A stretch of DNA of 64,000 nt from Reclinomonas americana ATCC 50394 (Eukaryota). Made by a program: the position numbers and the translations under genes. Position 1 is the first letter of the stretch. The number at the start of each line of letters is the position of its first letter. The notes beneath the pieces are model-generated. The model made no database searches. It was not told the DNA's origin and worked only from the letters and a program-made list of their open reading frames with translations. Of the stretch, positions 23,768 through 35,700 are shown piece by piece. The stretch lies in assembly GCA_048213135.1 (NCBI GenBank), contig PS015109.1, positions 71,413 to 135,412 of the forward strand, given 5' to 3'.

Positions 23768-26700
23768 TTATTTGTCTTCGCGGATTCGTATGACGGCGTC
23801 GGCCACTGTCGAGGCCACAATGACGGCTGAACCGGCACAACCTGTGTGGTCGCGCCAGAGGGGACTCGGAGGTGAGCCAACTCACCCCAAAACATTGACT
23901 CAAGTACACACACAGACACACACACTCACCAATGAGCGTCAGGAGCATCAGCTTGATTGGCTCGTTGACAAGCACATCTGAGAGGATTTGAGGGCGAGTG
24001 AGTGGAGGAGCACAAACGCGAAGAAAGCAGGCAGGGAGCGGGGGAAACCTTGCAGCTAACATGGCGTTCGGCGACACAATAAACAGGGGGACAACTGTAA
24101 GCACGAACACGTAGATTCACAACACCGACGACGATGCGTTTCCGTACCACTGCCGAGGGGAAGAATGTCAGTGAACCTCGTCACTGCGTGACATGCACGC
24201 AAGAATATACTCACCACTGATGAACGACGCATTGGCCACGCTGCTTCCCGTGTCGGATAGAGAGAGAATGCTGCGCAAGCAAGTCCCCAGAAATCATGAG
24301 ATCCATTTCTTCGGTGTGCACACATGAATCGACTCACCGAGCCGTCGTCAACAACGTAAGATACATGAGGAATACGCCGGCGGCCCACGCGGTGACAAAG
24401 GACACCGGTACCAGCCACAGCGGAAGAGAGCGCCGCTGCAACGTGCACAAAAATGAGCAAACACACAGACCGCAATGTCGAATCTGTCCGGGCGCGAGCG
24501 CACCTTGTAGTGCCACCAGAACCGACCCCACCAACCTGCGTGCACTAGTGAGAGCTCCACAAAAATGAAACCCACCATTTTCCTCTACACAAGACGCAAC
24601 GACGTGCTTGCGGCTGCGGCGGTTGCGCATTGGCCAAGAAAACGGCGGGAATGGGCACGTCGGCCAGCGCCGCAGACATCACCTCGCCACCGCTGCTCGA
24701 GCTCTCATTGCCGCTGCTACTGTTGCGTACCAACGGCGCAGGTGGTGGTGGTGGTGGCGGTGCTTGTACAAGCACACCGCGACTGTTCCGTCGACTGACG
24801 CTGCGCAGCCGCGACTGCGGCGGCCGTGGCAGCTGCCGATCGTCCTCATTGTTGTTGTCGTCGATGCTGTTGTTGCCGGTGCTGCTGCTGACACTCGACA
24901 CGGTTTCGCTGTGGTCCACCGACTCAATGTCGGCGAAATGCCCAACACCGCCGCCACGCGATACCAACGACGAGCGTCGAACAGCGGTGGGAACAATAAC
25001 AGCGTCCGCTGGCTTGTCATCATCGGCCACAGCGGCTCCAGGCAACATGAGGCTGGAGTTGTGCACACTGCGCGCGTGCACGAGTCGCGGGAGCAGCGAA
25101 CGGATGACCTGCGACGGAATTGTGAGCTGGCTGACAACCCTATGGGTGAGAAGTCTGACTCCGTCCGTGGTCACCTTGAAATCGTGGCCCGTGATTGGCT
25201 TGGCCGACTCCGGAGCAACGCTCACGAACGGCGTGCGAATACTACTTTCCGCATCACACGCACACTTGTCAGTTTATCGCTAGAGTAACGCAGAGAGATT
25301 TCGAGCACTTGCCTTGCTCGTTGCGCCCCAAGTGCAATGATACCGCCGAGAACCGGCACCGACGGAGGTGCATGCATGTCACCACTGATGTGATGGGTGG
25401 ACAAAAAGGTGGCCAGTGCGCGGCTCTGCACCACATCTGTGGTGATCTGCTGCAGCCACAGGCGCTGGAACCCGTGTGCCTCCAGCGGCACGGCCCCGGG
25501 TGGCCGACTGGCATTGACCCACGAATAGAACGCGCGCTGCAGCTCGGCCAGCGTGAATTTTACCGACATTAGTGACGGCGAAGAGGCTCGCACACGATCC
25601 AGCTGCAACAAAACACCATCGCTATGAGCACTCGTCTTCTACTTGCAACAACAAAACGCCACTGACAAACCTGCAGCCGCACAAAGTGCATGAAGGCTCC
25701 TATGACGTCACCGTTGTGCACCTTGAAGAGGCACAGCAGGTCGGGGAGCGCGGATGGCGCTGATCCACTGGCCGTCCCGGAAGTGCCAGCATGCTGCTGC
25801 TGCGGAGGCACTGCTCCTTGAAGAATCGCCATTAATCCGCTATGTCGTCGAGGGCGCACAGTCGTCGCAATCGGTGATGAGGTCGGCTTGCGCTCCTCCC
25901 ACGCAGGCAACGGCGACTGCAGCAACTGCAGTTGCTGGTGCTCGTCGTGTTGCACGGTCGTCGATTTCAACGGCACGTCCAGCGGCATGTCGATGGTGGT
26001 GCACGCCACTTGGCGCTGAGAGCCGCCAGCTGCACTCAGCGGACCGTGAGCAAGCACGTCAACCAGCTCGTCGTCTGCCTCCTCTTCCCCCCCCTCCGCT
26101 TGGTGTGCATCCTCGGCGAACCAGCGGCGCACAGATGAGACCGGTACCTCGATTCGAGGGGTGCGCTTAAATGGTTCGGCAATGATTGCAATTACCGGCA
26201 TCATCAGGAAACCTGCGTTTGTGCCCGTTGAGGAATCGCGCACACGCACACCAGCACAGAGACTACGAACCAGACACAACGCCCATCCACAGATCGCGCA
26301 ACCATCCAGTCAAGTCCGACGCGGAGCCCTGCTGTGCCAACACCGAATTGACGTAGACGGCCAGACACACTCCGAACCACAAGACCTGCCGCGCCACGAG
26401 TTGGAAAGTGAACAATGAAAAACACGCACTACAAAGCAGTACGCAACCGTCAGCTTTTGCGTGCGACGGAATGTGTCGGCTTGCGGTCCTGTTGCTGTCG
26501 ACACCCAGGAGTGCTCCTCTGTGTGGCAGCACAGAAGTGGGGGAGGAGGGGGGTGAGAGGAGTGCTGCGGATGCTACACGCAAGGCACAACAACATGCCT
26601 TTGATGGCCAAGGCGGCGCGTTGACAGAAGCGTTTAATGGCACCGGCTTCGCGACGCTGTTGCAGAACTTTGATCACCAGCCCTGCACCATCGCGATTTA

Positions 26701-29700
26701 GAGACTTGATGCGAGAATGAGTTAAGGAAAGAGGGTGTCGCAACGTCTAAAGTTGGCCACCGCAGCCAAGTGACGGACAGCGGCCGCACGCGTGCCACCA
26801 AACATCACTGTGCACGACAAAAGGGCAGGCGTCAGGAATGTGTGTAGGACAGTAACGAGTACCGAGAGACGCACCGCCCTCCACACGAGCAGCCTCGGCA
26901 AAACTGTGACCTTGCTGTCGTAACAACACGGTTACGACGTCCTCGAAGCGGAAAACACTGCAGAGAAGCATCCGCGTCAGATGCTATGCACACCCACGTA
27001 CACTCCTCCCTCTGCCACACTTTCCTCCACTCACCCACGGAAAATAGTGGCGGCGGCAAACTGGCCGTGCTTCTGCATCTGTTGCTGCTGTTGCTGTTGG
27101 TGCATGATTCCGGCCACAATCTTCTTGCGGTAGATGGCGACCAGCCGCGCATCCACTCGACGGTCGACTTGCAAGAGGAACACAAATGCCACCACATACA
27201 GCAAATTGAAAGCTGCACGACACACACACCGGCACATTCAGTGAGTCACCAAAGACGATTCCGGGAACGGCAAAACAACGCACCAAGCAGGAAATAGAAT
27301 GGCGGACTTTGCAACACGCCGGACGACAAGATAAGCGACACGTCGCTCGGACTGCGCGCACAACCAACCTCGGTCAGTGCTGACAGGTAACACAGACAGC
27401 AGCAAGCGCTTCAACGCAACGAGACAAACGTGAACGACACCTCGAACATGGCGTGCACTGGGCGGGCGTGCAAATCATGAGACTCACAAAGCAGAGACAA
27501 CACACAGCAGTATCCACCGACGCACAATCAATGCTAAAGTCGGTGAGATGGGTGCATTCGCAGGCGATCGACGACACGGTGGTGCTGTCGGCCGGAACGC
27601 GCAAAAGAGCTGTGCAGCCGTCGTTGCGCCACGTTTCTGTCGTCGTATTCCAGTACACACACAGACTGGCCAAGGCGTCCACCACAGCTGCCCAGACAGG
27701 CGCGCATCAAGTAAGGGCACAGAACAGAGTCGACATGGCTTTTTCTTGCGCGACTTGACGCAACGATTGGCAGCCAGCTCGGGGTACTTTTGCGCATAGC
27801 CTCGCAGATCGCACTCCGTGCTGTTCAGTCGCAGCAGTCGAGCATACGGCACTGCCGTAGGCCCCACAGTAGTTCTACTCTGGCGCACGCCGCAATTCTC
27901 CAAAAACTCCACGACTTGTTGCTGCACAAGAATGATATCCTCGAAAATGAGTTGCAAGTGTGCAAGCGCGCACTCAGTGCAATTCTTCTCACCAGCGGTC
28001 GCTCCAGCTGGCGCAACAAGGCCGAATCCTGCTGTGCAATCTCAAAGAGCACCTTCTCGTTCTGTCCGTCCAGTCGCAGCTCGTTGCCGTACTCACTCAG
28101 CAGTGTAAACTGCTGCACCGGCGCACCAAGCTGCAGCGTCGTGCCCGCGTAGAACACGTCGCCGTCATCATTTGTGACTGGCAAGGACGAGAGTGCTGCA
28201 CAATAACAATAACAAGAACGCCATGGGAGTGAGCACCATACAACTCTCTCTCCCGTCCCCCTCACTTTCTCATACACACCATTGGGGATGCGAGCCGACA
28301 CAAACATTGGCGACAGCGAGAGCAGACGAGTGGATGTGTCGCTGGAGAGGATGAACTGCGTGCGGTCCGAGATCGATCCGAGTGCATCCACCGTGGTGTT
28401 CGTGACGGCCACATTGTCCGCCAGCTGCGCGGTGACACGGACGTGAAAAATTCAGCCGCGTCGCTAGAGAGAGAGAGAGAGAGAGAGAGAGATATGCTGA
28501 ACGCAACGCTAACACCGGGCATGTTGGACGATGTCGACAAGTGCGACGCAATCAGATTCACACTGTTTCCGGTGATGACAGTGGCCGGCTCTCCGGGGAC
28601 CTGTCAACAATCGATGTGAGCGACAAAACATAGTTATTCTGCTGGTGAAACTCCAACCTTGGTGTTCGTCGCTCTGTATCCGAGAGATGTGATTGCAGCT
28701 CGGCAGCTCTCGGCGCCAATCGCAAACATATCGGGATACTGGTCCCGCACGGTGGTGAGCATGGTGAGGGCGTTGTCGACGGTCTCGCCAAAGCGCTGCC
28801 CATCATCGACACGCACATGAGAGAGCGGGACAAACGCGACATCTTGTCACACATCCACATTCCCGCGCTGCCGCGTCCTCTTTCAGTCTCTCCGTCACTC
28901 ACCTGACGATTCGCATCGGTTGTGAAGCTGGCAACACGCGACAGATTGTCGGCCGCAGTCGACAGGAAAATGACCGCAGCGGCAGACCACGTGTCGTTGG
29001 CGATTGTACTCGGCGAGAGTGCTCGAAGTGTCCTGCACAACGAACAAAGAGTGGTGGGGTGGGTGGGCGAGGCTGTCTGTGAACAACAATGCCTCCTGGA
29101 CGAAACTCGCTGGCGGAGTGCGCCGTTTTGAGCAACGCATCGGAACATTGCGGACTGACGGTGAGGTCGATCACATTGACCACACGATTGACAAGCTGCG
29201 CCGTCTGTGCCACAGCCTGACGATTCTCATCGACCGCCAGAAGCGACGATCGCGTGGTGCTGTTGGCACGCTCGAGTACCGACAGCCCAGAGAGCGCATT
29301 TCCCACGGATCTGGCCAGTTGCTGCTCAGTAAAGTAGTTCGTGGGCAGTGCAATCGCGGCCTGCACGTCGCCCTGAAGGAACGACGACTGATCGGCGAGA
29401 GACGTGCGTGTCGTGGGGACGACAATCACACTGGTAGTGACGCTGACGTCGCCAGCATAGATATCGCGAGCCAGTACGCCGACGGTGAGCGTGTAGTTGG
29501 TCGCCGCACTACCGTGCACCGGGAACACCAGCTCGTCGGCCACAAGGCGAGTGGTGGAGCTCAAGAATACCTTGCAGCACAAACGCACATGTCAACAAAA
29601 TAGAGTACATCAACGAGAGCCAAATGAGACATAGATGCACACACCTTGTCTCCCGAGAGCGGATCCACATAGAATGGCATGTACGTAACTGTGCGGACGC

Positions 29701-32700
29701 GCAAGCACTTAGTTTCGATTCTCTCTCCCTCCCTCTCCATTCCCCTCTCGACTGACGCACTTGGCTCATCCGGATCTCGGAAACCAGCCACGCGGAACGT
29801 AAACTTGGTCAGACGCTCCTCGCCGCTGCTGGGCGTCACTGTCAGATTGCCGGCGGTGGGCAGATCGTTGACATACAGAGTCACCGACGGCGTGCCTGCC
29901 CAGGGAGCGATATGTAAGACACCTTTAAAGTCAGGCTCGACGCTGTACGGGCCAAAACATGCATACCTCCCTCCACTGGAGGATCCAACGCCAGCTCAAC
30001 CACATACTGCAAGCCAGCTGTCAGTGTGCCGCCGCGAATCTGCATGGAGCCCGGTTGCCCGGCGGGACCCCGCAGGAACTGGAAGCGCGCATCGGACAAG
30101 TCGAGAAGGGACGTGGGATTGTCTGCGTCGTCAGCGTGTGCGCAATGAGCAACCACGACGACTTCTGTCGCTCTTTCCACCTTCTCTCAATGCACACACG
30201 CACCAATGGCATACATGCGCCAGTTGTAGGAGAATAGCAGCGGAATGTCGCCGTCGGTATCCACAGTGGCCTGCACGCCAATCGATCTGAGAGGATGCAA
30301 GCGAGCGACTGCAGAGCCCTCAGCCACCGCCGACTCCGACACCTAAATGAGCAGCGATGAATTGAGCAACTCAAAGAAGCAATGCCGTGCAAGGGAAACA
30401 AGTCACTCACCACACGGAAGAGCACGGTGACTGCTCCCCTCACTGTGATAAAGGCACTGGTCGTCTGCTTTCGATCGCCGCGTATTGCCGTCACGTTAAA
30501 CACATGTCTGTGGTGCGACATGACCGACGATCACTACCACGGGAGGAAGAAAGAAGAGTACACGCGGGAGGGCTTCACGCAACACGCCAATGTCGGCCAG
30601 GCCGTTCTCGAGCGCTAGTGTACTCGCCGTTGTCGCCTGCACCTCCGGCACATTACAGTCGACTCCATTGACGGAACACGTCCAGCGGAACACAACAGGC
30701 ACAGGCTGCACGAGAGAGAAAGCAGCAATGGATGAGCACGATTGTACGGGGATCACAGCGACTGCCAGAAGCAAACCTCCACCACAGGCTTCGTGCGATC
30801 GGGATCCACGAGCGTGGCGCGAATGCTCACTGGCGTACGTGGTGACACCACACCACCAGCTGTGGCACGCATGTGAAAAGTGAGTGACAAGCACTCGAAT
30901 GTGACAAGCAGTGAACAGTCGCACGCAACAGACAACAACGGTGAGATCGAGTCCGGGCGATGCTGCGCACGATTTCACAGACGGATCGTGAGTGCAAGAG
31001 AAAGGTGGAAGACAGAAGAAAGGAGCACGTTTTCATCTCTCCCTCCTGGAGTGCTTGCATGCAACACGCAATCACTCTCTCCTTCCAACCCTCCCTCCCT
31101 CCCTCCCTTCTCTCTTCCCTCTTCCTTATTCCCTCTCCACACACCAGTAATGATAGTATCGCGCGCCAGCGTCCATCGTCCATAGTTGATGTCGGTGCGA
31201 ACGCGCACCTGCAGAGAGTTGTAGATGGTCGACGATTCCAAATCGGCCAGAGAGCAGTACACCATGGATGCCGACGGCCACGAGCACAAGGGATCAAACA
31301 CCACCGGGAACCCGTTAAAGTACACCTCGAAACGCGGATTGCTGCCATACGTCGCTTGCGGGGCGCCCGAAGGCAGTAGTGAAACCACCGCCGTTGTGTA
31401 CGTCGGTCTAGCACCAGATAACATGATTACGGTCTCTGGCAGCAGCGTCAACGCTGTACGGGCGAGTTCCTGTGGTCAGTATCATACGCTCACCCACGAT
31501 CGCGCCGAAATGGAACATGTACAGTACCGACGGTGGACATCGACTGGTCGCCGAAATCGAGAGATGTGACGAGTTTGGCATCCAGCGTGTACATCGTGTT
31601 GAACGTGAGGCCAATCAGTCCGCACTGGACCACCTGCATCGCCGACGACGGCCACGGGCAGATCGCGGGCACTGTGTTCACCCACGCCACTCCATTGACA
31701 CGCACTTGCACGGCCGGGTTGCTGCCGGCATTCTGTCGCCAAGTGAGACCGCGATCGGTGGCGACGGATGAGCTCCGTGAGCGAGCAGCGAAGGGCGCGG
31801 AGGCACGAATGGAGACGGTGACATTGTGCACGTCGGAGCTAATGTCCTCGATGAGGACCGTCTGGGAGATGGTCGAATCTGCGTACCGCCGGTTATACAA
31901 CACAACACTGTCACAGTCTGTGAAAGCTGTACAACGTACCCACTGCAAGTCCCACAGTGCCGGCCTCCACGAACGCACCGGGTGGTCCCGACGCCGACAA
32001 ATCCACGCACACGCGATACGGTGCGCGATAGCGAGAAAGAAGGAACGAGGTGGCCGTCACATGTCGCGAGTCAACCGTCTGCAGATCGTCGGGCGCCACC
32101 GCCTCCAGAGAACCGACTGCGGCATCAGCCACATCGGCCACCGCAGAGCACGAAGGGCCGGGTTCAAGACGCACAGCTCGCACCGAGGTGCCCACTCGCA
32201 GACCTGGTAATGAGAGCTCATTTGAGCACGATGACTCTGTATGCCATCGCGCGCGCACACACACATAGGTATACACACCTCTTCCCACAACAGTCAGTAC
32301 CGCCGAGGGCGTGCCCGCCGGCAACGAAGCAGGCAGGAACGAATCGACACTCGCTGCAGGTGACAGTGAATTCAACGAGCAGGCGACCACAAATGCTACG
32401 ACAACGTACCCACAAACAGCTGTTCGCTTGGATCATCGGGAACCTTCCAGAAGGAGACCGGGGAGCCGCCAGCCACAGTATCCAAGCACACACTGTACTC
32501 GTCTGGCGCGAGGGCACTTGCCAGCGTCACCGACAGCCGGGTTTCGTCCGCCGTGTGCGACCACATGGTTGACTGCACATCGATGCTTCCCGCCGGTGTC
32601 GGAGACAGCTGGCGAGCCGAGCACGCCGTCACTCCCTGTTCCAGCCGAATCCGCCGCACAAGCAACGATGAATGCAAGCCCGTGCCGACAATGGTGAACG

Positions 32701-35700
32701 ACGGAGCGGAGGCACTGGCCGCCACCGCCAGCGGTTGCACGACATTGGCCGACGCTACGAACACGCAAAGCAGCTCAGCATGCGCAGGGGGGAATCAATC
32801 ACTGGGGGGAAACAAACAAGCACGCACCGGAAAGCACTCGCGTTGCACTGACAGCCACATAGCTCCCGGCGGCCACGTTGGCTGAATAGTCGACACAAAC
32901 CGAGTATGATGTCGTGGCAGTCGTCGGCGAGGTGACAGTGGCGAGTATCACCGTCGTGGCCACGTCCGTGGTGGAGTCGGTGAGCACTGCGTTGACCGTG
33001 CCGACGGCAAACGTCGCAATCGTCGGAGAGCACACGGCGCCGGGTTCGAGACGCACGGCACGCACACTGACGCCGACGAGAAGACCGTTTCCGGTAATTC
33101 GCAGCGTGGATGTAGTGTCGCGATCCAGTACGCGCGTGGGCGCAAACGAGCTCACCACTGGCACATACAGATCGCCAACCTTGCGATACGACGTCGTTGG
33201 CGACGCCACGAGGTCCACGCACACAGACCACTGACCACCCGACAGGCCGGCGCCGCCGACAGCGAAGAGTACCTGCGAGCGACTGGCGCTCCCGTCGTCG
33301 ACAAGATTCGGCGAGGCGGCGCATACGGTGCCGAGCGGCAGCGGTGCACTCGCATTGCATGCAGCTCCTGCCTGCAGGCAGACGGAGCGGACGCTCAGCA
33401 TAGCATCCAACGCCGCACCCCTCACGGTGACCGTGGCACTCGGCTGCAGCGCCAGCACCGACGCGGGCGCAGAGCCAGTGACACCGGCTGCGACAAGGCA
33501 CACACACACACAAGCAAACACAATGTTGTGTTAGCAAGCAGCAAGTCCGCGTGCCGCTGCACAGAGCCATCTCGACGAAACTGATGAGAAGCACAGACGA
33601 CGCAGCGCCGAGACGAACAAAGTTGGGTGATGGCGACCACGCCATGTCGCCGCACACGGTGTACTGGGCGGCGGCGAGAGCCACACCGACACGAACCGCT
33701 AGCAAGGGCAGCATGGCACCACCACTGGATACGGCCGCCGAAAGGTCGACCACGGGCACGGCGCCAACGGCAGAAGCGGAGCACACGGCAGCACTGCCAC
33801 CGGGCACCAGCAACAGCGAGCGCACGCTGGCGGTGGAGAGTCCTCCTCCTGCATTCGACGGGGAGAACAATGAGCACGTGTGCATCTCAACAAGACACAA
33901 ACAAGTGTCACACCAGTGAGAGTGAGCACTTCGGTGGCCGCGTTGGCGAGGAGGGTTGCAGAGAACTGTGTCACGAGTGGCACTTGCAAGAGACCAGCAG
34001 CGGCGGGGGCGCCATCCGGCTGCCGATTGAATACGCCAGGCAGCGCCCCGTACTCCACGCACACCATGTACGCACCGGCAGACAGGCCGCCGACAGGCAC
34101 AGTGGCGAGGAGTTGCGCGGAAGAGACCGTAGCCACAGAAGCAGCAAGCACTCCCCCGCCACCAGCTCCACACGACGACGAAGCGACTTGGAAGAGCACT
34201 GACGACACCGCGCCACTCAACAGCGTACCCTCCAGTGTTACCTGCACTCCACCGGTTTGCGGCACAATCACCAGCGGTCTCACCACCGAGATGCCAGCTG
34301 CGAGAGGGTGAGCATCTTCCGCCAAACGTCGCCGTTCACCAATCAGGGTAACGTACCAATGTCCAACGAAGCGGCCTTGAAGAAGGACCCGCTGGAGGGC
34401 GACAGCGCATAGTCAACGCACACACTCCATAGACCCGGCGTCGGCACGGACGGACTGAGGCTCGACAAACGAATGCCGACAGAGACACCGGGGGTGATCA
34501 CCAAGAGCGCCGCGTTCGGCACAATCAGCGTACCCGCGGCGGCAGTCGCGGTCGTCGGCGTGCACGAGCTGCCGGGCTCCAATCGAACTGTGCGTATCAG
34601 TGCAGGACTGAGGTTGACACCTGATAACACAAACTGTGCGGCGCTGTCGGCCAGCAACACCGAGGCGGGTGCGACGGAAGAAATGCCTGCAACCACCCCA
34701 GTGAGCATTCTTTTGTTTCTTCCTGCTTGACGCAGACAACAGCGACGCAGCGCACCTGCCGAGCAGTTGGCGGTGGCAGCAAAGGCGGCAGGACAGCTGC
34801 ACGAGCCATCGCCGCTCACTCCCTGCTGGCACACACCGCCATTCTGGCAGCCACACACGCCGGCGCACACAGGCCCGAATCGGCCCGCAAGACAGTTGGC
34901 GCAGCCAATGGCCGGATCAAAATTGTTCAAACAAGTGGAGCACCGGGTGGCCGGATCGTAGCGCGCCACGCAGAAGCATCCACCAGTGCCGGTGACTCCA
35001 TTGTCGCACGTTCCACCGTTGAAACATGCCATGCAAGTGAAGGCGCAACCGGCGCCATACGAGGTGGAGGCACACACACAGCCACGACCATTGCGGCCGC
35101 CGTCGCACCTGCACGACCAAAAAGAATAATACTATGTGAGAATGCGAATGACAGACACAACGACACAACAAATCAGCACGCACACTGAGCCAGCGGGACA
35201 CGCACACACGCCTGCAGACACGCGATTAGAATCAATAGCCACGAAGAGGGATGGTTTTAAAACGCATCACGCAACCGGCGCAGTCGATGTCATACTGGTT
35301 GGCGGGGCAGTCGAGAGTGGTGAAGGTGACGGCGGTGCTTCCACTGTCCACCGTCATGGTGTCGACTGTAAGCGCCACCGCTCGCACCGTGTACGCCGTC
35401 AGAGCGTTGAGGCTGTTCACGGTCAACGAGGCAACCGTGAGCGCAGCGCCAGTCACTGGCTGCGACATGCGCACGCGACGCATCGGGACCACGATTTTGC
35501 GCACGGTAAAGTTTTGCGCATCTGCCACGAACACCGTGTCGCCAGTGCGATTGACTGCGACTCGCGACGGTTGTCGGAACAGAGCCGATGTGATTCCTGG
35601 ACCGTTGGAGCTGCCGGCGACCCCGCTGCGACCGGCCACTGTCCACATGTACTGCGTGGTGACATCGAGGCAGCGAATCACCGAGTTTTGCGTGTCGGCA

